A DNA stretch of 64,000 bases from Octopus vulgaris (Eukaryota), in assembly GCA_951406725.2 (NCBI GenBank), contig OX597839.1, positions 24,986,001-25,050,000 of the forward strand, in the 5' to 3' direction. The notes beneath the pieces were generated by a model. It was given only the letters and a program-made list of their open reading frames with translations. It did not search any database and was not told where the DNA came from. Within the stretch, counting starts at the first letter, position 1; each line of letters starts with the position of its first letter. This document shows, piece by piece, positions 1 through 12,000 of the stretch. The translations under genes were made by a program, and so were the position numbers.

Positions 1-734
1 TTTCATGTTGGCCCTTTGTTCCAATTTCCTGTCCATGACAAAAATCACAGACTACAGCAGACACACCTGACCACAAAAACACAAAATGCTCATGGCAGGT
101 CTTCGGTCATTCATTGTCTTCTGTGGACATTTTCCCATTTTTGAAGCACCTGTGCCACTCAAATTATCACATACAACCCATTGCTTCATTACCATAAGCT
201 TGCCAAAGCATGGTCAATGTCTCTGTAGCAGACTTCCCAAGTTTAATGCAAAATTTCATGTTGGTTCTTAGTTCCAATTTCCTGTCCATGACAAAAAATC
301 ACAGACTACAGCAGACACACCTGACCACAAAAACACAAAATGCTCATGGCAGGTCTTCCTGGTCATTCATTGTCTTCTGTGGACATTTTCCCATTTTTGA
401 AGCACCTGTGCCACTCAAATTATCACATACAACCCATTGCTTCATTACCATAAGCTTGCCAAAGCATGGTCAATGTCTCTGTAGCAGACTTCCCAAGTTT
501 AAAGCAAAATTTCACATTAGTTCCTTGTTCCTGCCCATAACAAAATCGCAGACTACAGCAGACACACCTGACCACAAAAACACAAATTTCACAACTTGCA
601 AACTAAACACTGCGGTGTTACTTGGCACACTGCCCCATAGAGGTCCCTGCTAGCTCTCACTGTGCATGTAACCATGTGCTGCCATCTGTTGGTGTGCTAT
701 AGAACTAGTCAGGGAACTTTTTGATAGCACCTTG
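1..734 (-). mobile_element. Mariner transposon 5' end (TIR + transposase HTH fragment), internally tandem-duplicated
   Basis: Minus strand begins TA|CAAGGTGCTATCAAAAAGTTCC (mariner-type TIR; TA at 735-736). It translates with stops/frameshifts to NVKFCFKLGKSATETLTMLWQAYGNEAMG..FEWHRCFKNGKMSTEDNE*PGRP, the mariner N-terminal HTH. A ~255 bp unit repeats from 1, 254 and ~510. Confidence 0.85.
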
Positions 735-1107
735 TATATATATATATGTGTGTGTGTATGTGGGTGTTTGTGTAAATATATGTGTGTATATGTACTTTTG
801 TGTGAATGTGTGTATGTTTATGTAAATATATGTATATGTGTGAGCGTGTTTGCATGTATATATGTACGTATGTGTTTGTGTGTGAGTGAAAGAGTAAGGG
901 AGACGGTTAAAGACGTAGTGAGTGAGTGTGAGAGAGTGTGTGGGCAAGAGTGGGTGATTGAGAGAGAGTGAATGAGTTTGAAAGGTATTGAGTGTGAGGG
1001 ATTGAAAGAAAGACAGAGAGAGAGAGGGGGGAGACAGTAAGGGAGTGAAAGAGTAAGGGAGAGAGAGGGAGAAAGACAGACAGATAGAGACGGAGAGTGT
1101 GAGGTTG

Positions 1108-1212
1108 AGAAGAAGAAGAAGGAGAAGAAGAAGAAGGAGAAGAAGAAGAAGAAGAAGAAGAAGAAGGAGGAGAAGAAGAAGAAGGAGGAGAAGAAGAAGA
1201 GGAGGGGGAGGA
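1108..1212. repeat. (GAA/GGA)n microsatellite
   Basis: Directly visible triplet run; source of the poly-R/poly-L ORFs. Confidence 0.95.
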
Positions 1213-1267
1213 GAAACCAGATCAAGAAAAGGGCCTGGTTGCCTGGAACACGGCAGGGATATTATCT

Positions 1268-2262
1268 TCACACACAACACACACAGATGCACACACTCAC
1301 ACACAGACACATGCACACACACCCATACTCACACATGCACATACAAACACAGATGCGCACACACATGTACACATACACACAAAGACATACACTCTTACAT
1401 ATATACTCGCACACACACACACAAACATAAGCTCACACACACAAACATATACACATACACACACACACAGATGCACACACTCACACACAGACACATGCAC
1501 ACACACCCATACTCACACATGCACAGACAAAGACAGATGCGCACACACATGTACACATACACACACAGACATACACTCTTACATATATACTCGCACACAC
1601 ACACACAAACACACACAAACATATACACATACACACACACACAGATGCACACACTCACACACAGACACATGCACACACACCCATACTCACACATGCACAT
1701 ACAAACACAGATGCGCACACACATGTACACATACACACAAAGACATACACTCTTACATATATACTCGCACACACACACACAAACATAAGCTCACACACAC
1801 AAACATATACACATACACACACACACAGATGCACACACTCACACACAGACACATGCACACACACCCATACTCACACATGCACATACAAACACAGATGCGC
1901 ACACACATGTACACATACACACACAGACATACACTCTTACATATATACTCGCACACACACACACAAACATAAGCTCACACACACAAACATATACACATAC
2001 ACACACACACAGATGCACACACTCACACACAGACACATGCACACACACCCATACTCACACATGCACACACAAATACAGATGCGCACATATACACACACAA
2101 ACGCACACAGACACATACACAGACGCACACACACACTCTTACATATATACTCGCACGCACACACAAACATAAGCTCACACACACATACAGACGTGCACAC
2201 ACACAAACATATACACATTCACACACTCACACACACATACACAGATGCACACACACACACAT
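1268..2262. repeat. CA-rich minisatellite, ~184 bp unit, ~5 copies
   Basis: cagatgcacacactcacacacagacacatgcacacacacccatactc recurs at roughly 174-184 bp spacing. Confidence 0.9.
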
Positions 2263-2490
2263 GCACAGGAGGGGTGGGGTGGGGTAGGTGCTTCAATGAA
2301 AATGTAAAAAACAGCCAGCCATTGATTGCTGTTCAGGATTGATTCATGGACCCCAACCTAACAATTGTCAGAAGAAAAGGGCTTCGGGGGGGGGGCTATA
2401 CTGGGGGAGTGGGGAAGTGGGGACAATTCTATAATTGTGTGATTTTCTAGTTTCTTTTTATGATCATTATATATAGATTATATATATATA

Positions 2491-2665
2491 GGCGCAGGAG
2501 TGGCTGTGTGGTAAGTAGCTTGCTTACCAACCACATGGTTCCGGGTTCAGTCCCACTGCGTGGCACCTTGGGCAAGTGTCTTCTACTATAGCCTTGTGCC
2601 GACCAAAGCCTTGGGAGTGGATTTGGTAGACGGAAACTGAAAGAAACCTGTCGTGTATATGTATC

Positions 2666-2696
<31 letters not shown>

Positions 2697-2897
2697 TTGT
2701 GTATCTGTTTGTCCCCCCCAACGTCGCTTGACAACCGATGTTCATGTCCCCGTAACTTAGCGGTTCGGCAAAAGAAACTGATAGAATAAGGACTAGGCTT
2801 ACAAAGAATAAGTCCTGGGGTCGATTTGCTCAACTAAAGGTGGTGCTCCAGCATGGCCGCAGTCAAATGACTGAAACAAGTAAAAGAGTAAAAGAGA
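2491..2897 (+). mobile_element. tRNA-derived SINE, family A (full length)
   Basis: Head ggcgcaggagtggctgtgtggtaag (A-box-like) and gggttcagtccc (B-box-like), internal (TA)/(TG) tract, tail gactgaaacaagtaaaagag; many copies in window. Confidence 0.9.
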
Positions 2898-3272
2898 TGC
2901 GGGCATGGCTGTGTGGTAAGAAGCTTGCTTCCCAACGGAATAGTTCCAGGTTCAGTCCCACTGCGTGGCACCTTGGGCAAGTGTCTTCTATTATAGCCTC
3001 AGGCCGACCAAAGCCTTGGGAGTGGATTTGGTAGACGGAAACTGAAAGAAGATCAATGTGTATATATAAATATGTGTGTATGTGTTTGTCCCCTCACCAT
3101 CGCTTGACAACCAGTGTTGGCGTGTTTATGTCCCTGTAACGTAGAGGTTCAGCAAAAGTGACTGATAGAATAAGTACCAGGCTTAAAAACTAAGTACTGG
3201 GGGTTGATACAATTGAGTAAAAAATTCTTCAAGGCCACAGTCTAATGACTAAAGCAAGTACAAGATAAAAGA
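2898..3272 (+). mobile_element. SINE family A, older diverged copy
   Basis: Same head/body/tail motifs with many substitutions. Confidence 0.8.
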
Positions 3273-3481
3273 TATATATATCTATATATATATAAACAGG
3301 TGTGTATCCACATATATATATATATGGATACACACACACTGTGGAGGGACTGATATTAAGAAGGGCATAGAAACTATATCAGAACAGACAATGGAGCCTT
3401 GTATAGCCCTTGGCCTTACGAGTCAAACCGTCCAACCCATGACAGCATGGAAAACAGATGTTAAATTACGATGGTGATATA

Positions 3482-3495
<14 letters not shown>

Positions 3496-3513
<18 letters not shown>

Positions 3514-3918
3514 GTTCGTCCTTCGGTTCGAAGATGACCAACTGACATCATCTGATGGAACTGGCGCCATGAGACCGGAGGTGGCTGGTGAGGCCAATCC
3601 GGGCAAGGAAGCCCCTCCCACAGGTGGGGCAGAAGTGGGTAGGGGCCGTGCTACTGGTGCAGGCGGCTCTGGCTTTACGCATCTGATGTTTCTGCTCCGC
3701 TGACCGAATCCGTCCCTCCTCGGCTGTCCCTGCTCCCTCGGTGATTGCGCTGCGCCAGGATGAGCGGTTGGCAGCAAGTGTCTCCCAGGTCTCTGTTCCG
3801 ATGGAGAAGTCTTTGAGAGAGACCTTGAGACTATCCTTGTAGCGCTTCTTCTGCCCTCCGACTTTGCGCCTGCCCTGGCCGAGTTCACCGTAGAAGAGCT
3901 ATTTTGGGATGCGATACC
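3496..3918 (-). mobile_element. RTE-clade LINE 3' fragment (ORF C-terminus with C2H2 zinc finger)
   Basis: Frame absent from the ORF track: YRIPK*LFYGELGQGRRKVGGQKKRYKDSLKVSLK...WETLAANRSSWRSAI...CPTCGRGFLARIGLTSHLRSH; short 3' UTR and (TAT)n tail. Confidence 0.85.
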
Positions 3919-4065
3919 AGAGTAAGCACATAAATGTGAAACAAGGTGGAAAAAAATAGTACTTGAATACCAGAGGTAGAGTAATATGCTTTATTAAAAA
4001 ACAGCATAAATGTCACAAAAGCTGCTACTAAGAGTTTCACGTTCCCATTCATGGAATAGTTTTGT

Positions 4066-4068
<3 letters not shown>
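3919..4068 (-). mobile_element. Diverged PLE-like terminal fragment with degenerate hammerhead
   Basis: Homologous to 6331-6476; minus reads TCCATGA-atg ggaa cgt-GAAA-ctcttag-TA. Confidence 0.6.
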
Positions 4069-4109
<41 letters not shown>

Positions 4110-4165
4110 TCATCATCATCATCAATCAGTTTTGTTGATAGCATATATATATATATATATATATG

Positions 4166-4520
4166 TAAAATCAAAATAAGCAACAAGGATATCCAGAGGT
4201 AATGCAGTACGATTGTTTCATGCAACTCCATTTAATTGAACAATGCAACCATTACATCAATTTAAAATACAGAGCAATCTTCAGCTGCACAAAGACATAG
4301 AGTTTAATTAAATTTAATCATCGATTAATTTAATCACTACATTACGTTTAATGCAATGATTGCATTGTTCAATTAAATGGAGTTGCATGAAACGATCGTA
4401 CTGCATTACCTCTGGATATCCTTGTTGCTTATTCTGATTTTAATCACCTTATTTTGAAACTGTATGGATAATAGCGTACTAAATTCTGGTGCCTCAACTT
4501 AAGTACCATAATCATCTGAA
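4166..4520. mobile_element. TA-anchored fold-back insert (PLE-like terminus)
   Basis: ~88 bp inverted arms at 4166-4253 and ~4356-4442; (TA)n on both sides. Confidence 0.7.
4203..4289 (-). ncRNA. Type I hammerhead ribozyme motif (long stem II)
   Basis: Minus: tgcag-CTGAAGA-[58 nt]-GAAA-caatcg-TA-ctgca; perfect 5 bp stem I, GUA triplet. The plus-arm copy has a palindromic loop III (ACGATCGT). Confidence 0.75.
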
Positions 4521-4526
4521 TATATA

Positions 4527-4922
4527 TCTTTATATATAAAAGAGAAGTTGTGTGTCTGTCTCCTACGATTTAGATTCCTAACTACTCCCACATTTTGCGG
4601 TGCAGTTAAACCAAAAGCGTGTATCTTATAGTCGTGATTCATATCGAGCCCTTCTGGGTATTAGCGCGCGTCTACGATGAGTCTACGATTTAAAAAAAAA
4701 TTACCATCATTTTTTTCCATTTTAATGCATTTTTTCGCTATTATATAAGGGAAGTAACTCTCTAAAAATGTCTACGATGTGTCAACGATTTAAAAAAAAA
4801 TTACCATCATTTTTTTTCCATTTTTAATGCATTTTTTTGCTATTTTTTGGCTATAACTCTCTAAAAATTCTTATATAGTTATTTCCCTTACAAATCCGAG
4901 CAACGCCGGGTGATACTGCTAG
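4527..4922 (+). mobile_element. Non-autonomous Helitron
   Basis: A|TC start, CTAG|T end, subterminal hairpin ccgagcaacgccggg, no TSD; internal ~100 bp tandem duplication (4671-4870). Confidence 0.8.
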
Positions 4923-4956
4923 TATATACATAATGTATTCCTGAAAGAGAGGGTTT

Positions 4957-5179
4957 ATGTCAACAAACCAGAGACCCTGGTGCAACTGCTCTCTTATCCC
5001 AAATTTGCGCCAGGCCATTCAAAGTAAACTTCACACATGGTTCCGGGAAGATGGGGTAACTGCTCTTACCGCAAGAGAAATAATGCAGTTGCTATGGCAG
5101 TGCTTTGGAGAGAGAATATTGTCCTGCTACAGCAATGTTAACTGACCTTCATGTTCCTAAGACTTGACTGGTCCAGATT
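4957..5179 (+). pseudogene. Tc1/mariner-superfamily transposase DDE/D-domain relic
   Basis: WFREDGVTALTARE..CFGERILS..NVN*PSCS*DLTGPD matches the WFQQDGATAHTA..WPPRSPDLTPPD motif; cut off by the following MITE. Confidence 0.7.
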
Positions 5180-5595
5180 GGCAATCTTTCGTCTCTAGTA
5201 GACCTTTCCGTCGATTTCCGTAAAAATTTTTTTGTTTTACATATGGGCTTGCGGGAACTTTTGAAGTAATGAGAGCGAAAGAGACTAAGAGAAAGCGATT
5301 GTATGATGAGGGAAGTTCTTTTGAAGTTACCGTGCATGGGAAGCATTGATGTACATGTGTGTGCGTGTTTGATGGGGTGTGGGAGACAGACAGTATGTTG
5401 TGTAAGTGAAGTGCTTCTGTTAGTGTGTGTGAAGAGACAGAGTAATGTGTGAAAGAAAGAGATAACTGAAATTTTTTACTCGGTGTATGTATATATGTAT
5501 GTATATTACTTCAAAAGTTCCCGCAAGCCCATATGTAAAAAAAAAAAAATTTTACGGAAATCGACGGAAAGTTCTACCAGAGATAAAAGATCGTC
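5180..5595. mobile_element. MITE with ~90 bp terminal inverted repeats
   Basis: 5180-5270 is the near reverse complement of 5505-5595. Confidence 0.8.
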
Positions 5596-6330
5596 ACCAG
5601 GGCCGTTGCTAAGCCCGTGCAACCCTTACGGTCGCAGGGGGCCCTCTGTGGTTGAAGGACCCCATGTTAAGATGAAAGTACATAGATGAGCCATAGATGT
5701 TAACTGAAAATTTCAAGCCAGACGAGGAAAAAAATACGAGGGTCTACCGCAAATAAATTTAAAAAGAAACAAAAAAAAAGGTAATTATAAAAAGTTTGTC
5801 AACGAATTCCCTAGCGAGATAAAGGAAAAACAAAAGAAATCGTAAACAATGAAAATAAGAACAACTTCAATGGAAAAGACAAGAAAAAAAAAAGCAATAG
5901 TGATGAAAGGTGGTGGGGTGTATACGTATACATTCATACAGACATACACACACAGGCATACGTACACACATTCATACACACACACATGCATATACACAGG
6001 CACACGTACACACATTCATATACACAGGCACACGTACATACATTTATTCATACATACATACACACAGGCATACGTGCACACATTCATTCATACATATATA
6101 CACACAGTCATTAGTACGCACATTCATACAGACATACACATATATACGTCTGGCTTTTATTTCTTTCTGTCTACCAAGTCCATTCGCAAGGCTTTGGCCA
6201 GCTCAGAGATAGATAGACAGATAGATAGAGAGAGAGAATGTACCAAACACACACGTCTCTTAATCTTTCTGTCTCTCCCTCTTTCTCTATTCATTTCTCT
6301 CTCTCTGTATATATATATATATATATATAT

Positions 6331-6556
6331 CGGAGTAAACACATAAATGTGAAACAAGGTGGAAAAAAGAGTACTCAAATACCAGTGGTAGAGTAATATG
6401 CTTTATTTTAAGCAGCAGAAAATTCAACAAAATCTGTTACTCTGAGTTTCTCGTTGCCGTTCATCAGACAGTTTTTGCTAGAAAAAACTCTGATGAACGG
6501 CAACGAGAAACTCAGAGTAACAGATTTTGTTGAATTTTCTGCTGCTTAAAATAAAG
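6331..6556 (-). mobile_element. TA-anchored PLE-like terminal fragment with fold-back
   Basis: Arms 6401-6476 / 6482-6556, (TA)n on both sides; second copy at 43921-44148. Confidence 0.8.
6429..6476 (-). ncRNA. Minimal type I hammerhead ribozyme motif
   Basis: aaaaactgt-CTGATGA-a cg GCAA cg a-GAAA-ctc a gag-TA-acagatttt; GNRA loop II, GUA triplet. Confidence 0.8.
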
Positions 6557-6560
6557 TATA

Positions 6561-6601
<41 letters not shown>

Positions 6602-6602
6602 G

Positions 6603-6822
6603 TTTCTTTATTACCCACAAGGGGCTAAACACAGAGGGGACAAACAAACGGATTAAGTCGATTACATCGACTCCAGTGCGAAACTGGTACTTTATTTATC
6701 GACCCCGAAAGGATGAAAGACAAAGTCAACCTCGGCGGAATTTGAACTCAGAACGTAACGACAGACGAAATACTGCTACGCATTTTGCCCGGCGTGCTAA
6801 CGATTCTGCCAGCTTGCCGCCT
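6603..6822 (-). mobile_element. SINE family C monomer
   Basis: B-box-like gagttcaaattcc, core tttcatcctttcggggtcgataa..aagtacc, tail gccccttgtgggtaataaagaaa. Confidence 0.85.
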
Positions 6823-7499
6823 TCCATATATATATATATGGCGTTGTCTCACACACAAACTTGTGTGTGTATCTATCTATATCCATATATAGAGATACAG
6901 CTATTGTTTGCTGTCACCAAGCATCTCAATTCTTCAGTTGTAGCCAATTTGTGATCGGAGTATTTTATTTCGCAAAAGGATACCATTTCCCCCTTGAATT
7001 TCTGATCTTAAAGAAAGGTAAGAATTTCTTCATATTCTGCTTCTTTTGTAATTTTGACTTTACAGTTTGAATTCAATCAAAAATATTGCAAATATAGAAT
7101 TTAAAATTAAAAAAAAAAAGGGATTTTTCGACTGTTATCCAGTCTTTGAGAACATATTCACGTCTATTTTTCAAAATTATATAATTTGAAATAATTTGCT
7201 TTTGTTTTGGTATTTTAATGTTCTTGAATAAAGTTCTTTGCATAGAAAAGCTGAGACAACAATTCTTCACATTTTGAAATGCTTGTCTTTTGATGTTTGT
7301 GAGTAAATTGAATAAATATATTCAACCTTATTAAATGTTGGCCTTCCTAAACACGAAATAATGCGATAGTTCCATCCCTAAATAGATTTAATTTGTACTT
7401 TTAAAGATGTTCTTTAGGATAACGAGAAATATGGAACTTCAGATGGAATCGAGTAAAATATAAATATGAGTAACAGGTGCGTAGATGATGAATTTTGAT

Positions 7500-7835
7500 T
7501 GAAGAGATGAGGCCTCGAAACAAAAATTGCAGGGTGTCTCCTAAAGTCATGCAACGGCCCTGACATCAGTACAGAAATCAAAGAATTGGGGTCTGAAACT
7601 CCAGAGGGGGTTATGGTGCAAGTTATGGAAAGATTTCGGGTGTACGAAGCTGAAAATGGCTGCCATTTAAGCGATTTCGTTGTTCGTATGTGATGTAATG
7701 GTGTTGCAAAATTCGACTTGTGCAGATTAATTTCCATTATGTCCTTTATATTGTATCAAAATTTCATGCATTTATTTGTAAAGTTACGGAGGTTATTAAA
7801 AATTGAAACCTATCAGTAACTTTTGGAACACCCTG
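7500..7835 (+). mobile_element. Tc1/mariner 3' relic with right TIR
   Basis: ..ENGCHLSDFVVRM* resembles a transposase C-terminus; ends aacttttggaacaccctg before TA-rich sequence. Confidence 0.5.
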
Positions 7836-7865
<30 letters not shown>

Positions 7866-7870
<5 letters not shown>

Positions 7871-8100
7871 AATATTAGGGAATAAATCCAAATTTACAGG
7901 GAAAAAAAATCAGATTTAGGATTAAATCCAATTTTATAGTAAAATATTATATAATATTAATTAGAGACAAAACCACTATTTTGCAAAACAATCAAGGAAA
8001 GACTTAATCAATACATAAGATTTTAATAAAAAGTCAAAAATCTTATGTATTGATTAAGTCTTTCCTTGTTTGTTTTGCAAAATAGTGGTTTTGTCTCTAA

Positions 8101-8112
<12 letters not shown>
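7866..8112. mobile_element. TA-anchored fold-back insert (no ribozyme core seen)
   Basis: ~75 bp arms at ~7948-8023 / 8037-8112; related fragment at ~60741-60768. Confidence 0.7.
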
Positions 8113-8130
<18 letters not shown>

Positions 8131-8131
<1 letters not shown>

Positions 8132-9062
8132 AATTTTAAATTCCCGCTTCCCCAATTTTCTAATTTTTAGGTTTTTTCGAAAAATTTTTTTTCAATCTAC
8201 GTGGAAAAACACGGAGATTAACAATATGACAAACAAAAAAATATTTATTTTCAAATTTTATGCGAAAAAACTCCAAATTTGATCCACACACGCCGTTTTT
8301 GGTCTTTATGCTGCAAAACTCCCCAAACATGCATTCGTCAACTTGTGACCATTGCATTAGTTTAACTCGGGGATCATCATAATGGACCTCAAAATAACAT
8401 CTTTTTCCAGTGAATGATATTTAGTTGAACAGCAACTTAGAGCAGACAAAAAGGCTAATAAGAATTAAAATTTAAAAAAAAAGTTTTGTCTTGATGTAAC
8501 TTTATGTGCGTGTATGTATGTATGTGTGTGTGTATATATATGTTTACACGCATTTCGAAAAAAGTTTAAAAATTTAAAAACTGGGGGATGGGTGTGAATT
8601 AAAAATTTTATAAACGTGACTTTTTGCATATTCGGAACCTCTTTCAATGAAAACCTAGGAACCGCTGAGAATCGTTTGACTTTAAAGCGAAAAAACAAGA
8701 CCGACATATACAAACAGGTATATAAAACCTGCCATTTCACTTGTTGCAGCCGATCATTTTCAGTGAGCTGCAGACGTTGTTGCGCGCGCGCACCCTTTTT
8801 TGCTTGGTGACGAGGCGTGTGTGGATCACATTTGGTGTTTTTTCATATAAAATTTGAAATTAAATAATCTTTTGCTTGCCATATTGTTAATCTCCGTGTT
8901 TTTCCACGTAGATTGAAAAACAAAATTTCGAAAAAAGTTAAAAATTAAAAAAAAATTGGTGGTGGCGGTGGTGGAGAGGGAATTTAAAATTTTGAAAACG
9001 TGATTTTTTTTTTTGCCTATTCGGAATCTCCGTCATCGAAAATCTAGAAATCCGCTGAGATA
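8131..9062. mobile_element. Foldback/long-TIR non-autonomous element
   Basis: 8131-8295 is an imperfect inverse of 8813-8992; 8551-8672 is a direct repeat of 8925-9060. Confidence 0.65.
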
Positions 9063-9090
9063 AAAAAAAAAAAAAAAAGAAATTTCCGAA

Positions 9091-9485
9091 AGGCACAGGA
9101 GTGGCTGTGTGGTAAGTAGCCTGCTTACCAACCACACGGTTCCGGGTTCAGTCCCACTGCGTGGTACCTTGGGAAAGTGTCTTCTACTGTAGCCTCAGGC
9201 CGACCAAAGCCTTGTGAGTGGATTTGGTAGACGGAAACTGAAAGAAGCCTGTCGTATATATGTATATATATATGTGTGTTTGTGTGTCTATGATTGTCCC
9301 CCAACATCGCTTGACAACCGATGCTGGTATGTTTACGTCCCCGTTACTTAGCGGTTCGGCAAAAGAGACCGATAGAATAAGTACTAGGCTTACAAAGAAT
9401 AAGACCTGGGGTCGATTTGCTCGACTAAAAAAAGGCGGTGCTCCAACATGGCCGCAGTCAAATGACTGAAACAAGTAAAAGAGTA
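9091..9485 (+). mobile_element. SINE family A
   Basis: Full head-to-tail match to 2491-2897. Confidence 0.9.
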
Positions 9486-10169
9486 CGTTTTTTTTTTCTT
9501 TGAGGTGGGGGTGACTGTTGTCCAGCTCCACTTATATGTATGTGTGTGGGGGTGCCGTTGTGTCTTTGTCTCCCCCCGTTACTGCTTGACAACCAGTGTT
9601 AGTGTGCTTACGTCCTCGTAACTTGGTGGTTCAGCAAAAGCGACCGATAGAATAAGTACCAGAAATAGAAAATCAGTACGCGGTGGGGGTGTTGATTCAT
9701 TCGACTAAAGATCACTTCAATATTGTGCTCCAGCATGGCCACAGTTCTGATGACTGAAACTAGTTAAACAGTAAAATTAAAGATACACATTTATTTCCCC
9801 CTCCGCCCCTGACCCCAGCCCTACCTCATAGTTTTCTAGTTTTTTCCCCTGTTTTCTATGTCCAGTGTGGGTGGGGGTGGGGAATTGTTTGAAAGAAGAC
9901 ATTAATAGAAAGATTAGATCATTATTATTATTATTTTTCTCCAGTGAGAAAGGGAAAAAACAGACAGTGCGTATGTATGTTGATATGTGTATATGTATAT
10001 ACGTATGTGTGTATGCACGTATGTATGTACATGTATGTATATATGTATCTATGTATATATGTGTGTGTATATATGTTTATGTATGTATATATATCTTTAT
10101 ATATGTATATATAAATATATGTATATTCATATATATATATACACATATATTTATACATGCATACACATA

Positions 10170-10357
10170 GGCGCAGGAGTGGCTGTGTGGTAAGTAGCTT
10201 GCTTACCAACCACATGGTTCCGGGTTCAGTCCCACTGCGTGGCATCTTGGGCAAGTGTCTTCTACTATAGCCTCGGGCCAACCAAAGCCTTGTGAGTGGA
10301 TTTGGTAGTCGGAAACTGAAAGAAGCCCGTCGTATATATGTGTGTGTATATATATAT

Positions 10358-10403
<46 letters not shown>

Positions 10404-10615
10404 TTGTGTGTGTTTGTCTCCCCTAGCATTGCTTGACAACCGATGCTGGTGTGTTTACATCCCCGAAACTTAGCAGTTCGGCAAAAGAGACCGATAGAAT
10501 AAGTACTAGGTTTACAAAGAATAAGTCCTGGGGTCGATTTGCTCGACTAAAGGCGGTGCTGCAGCATGGCCACAGTCAAAATGACTGAAACAAGTAAAAG
10601 AGTAAGAGTAAAGAG
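10170..10615 (+). mobile_element. SINE family A
   Basis: Full match. Confidence 0.9.
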
Positions 10616-11477
10616 TATATATACACATATGTGCAGTCTCTATACATGCACACACACACATACATACATGTGAAAAATCCTTATACACACACACACACAC
10701 ACACACACACTGTTAAAAGAGAGATTGAGAGAGAGGGAGAGAGAGAGAGATGTGGACTGTCTGTATGTCTCTGTACAGACATATTGATAAATAGATAAGC
10801 AGACAGACAGGCAGACAGGTAAAGGGGGTAAAAAAGAAAGGCTGAGAAGATAAAGTGAGAGAGAGGGAGAGAGGGAGACATTTGATAAGGAGGAATAAAC
10901 AGAGAGAGAGGGGGACAAAGAGATGGAGGAAGAGGGAGATGGAGAGAGAGTGAAAGAGGAAGTGAGTCACTGAGAGAGAGAGAGAGAGAGAGACTGAGAG
11001 AAAAGGTGAGATAGGGTCAGATATGAAAGGGTTATTAAGAGAAAGGTAGAGAGAGAGAGAGAGAGAGAGAGAAAGGTAGACAGGGAGAGAGAGAGAGAAC
11101 AAGAAGACAGAAAGAGAAAGGTAGACAGAGAGAGAGAGCAGGAAGACTGAAAGAGGAAGATAGACAGAGAGAGAGAGAGAGAGAGAGATGGCAGATAGAC
11201 AGAGAGGGAGAGAATGAGACATGGAGAGGGAGAGAGAAAGTAACAGGAAGATAAAGAGTGACAATGAGAGAGAGAGAGGCAAAGATAGAAAAAGAGGTAG
11301 ACTAAAAGACAGATAGACATGAAGAGAGACTGAGAGAGAGAGGAAGAGGGATATAGAGTTAGAGACAGAGAGAGACAAAGAGAGTTAGTAAAAGACAAAT
11401 GGAGACAGAGGGAGAGAGAGAGAGAGAGAGGAAGAAGTTTAGAAATGGAAGGTTTTGGTTAAAGGATAAGAAAGAGG

Positions 11478-12000
11478 TGTGGCAGTAGTGGCGATGGTGG
11501 TGGTGGCGATGGTGGTGGTGGTGGCAGTGGTGGTGGTGGTGGTGGTGGCGATGGTGGCGATGGTAGTGGTGGTGGTGGCAGTAGTGGCGATGGCAGTGGT
11601 GGCGATGGTAGTGGTGGTGGTGGCAGTAGTGGCGATGGCAGTGGTGACGATGGCAGTGGTGTCGATGGCAGTGGTGGTGGTGGTGGTGGCAGTGGTAGTG
11701 GCGATGGCAGTGGTGTCGATGGCAGTGGTGGCGATGGCAGTGGTGTCGATGGCAGTGGTGGTGGTGGTGGTGGCAGTGGTAGTGGCGATGGCAGTGGTGG
11801 CGATGGCAGTGGTGGCGATGGCAGTGGTGGCGATGGCAGTGGTGGTGGTGGTGGTGGCAGTGGTAGTGGCGATGGCAGTGGTGGCGATGGCAGTGGTGGC
11901 GATGGCAGTGGTGGCGATGGCAGTGGTGGCGATGGCAGTGGTGGCGATGGCAGTGGTGGCGATGGCAGTGGGGGCGATGGCTGTGCTGGTGGTGGCTGCG
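11478..12000. repeat. GC-rich minisatellite (gtggcgatggcagtg 15-mer with (GTG)n)
   Basis: Directly visible; source of the His/Pro/Val-rich ORFs. Confidence 0.95.
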
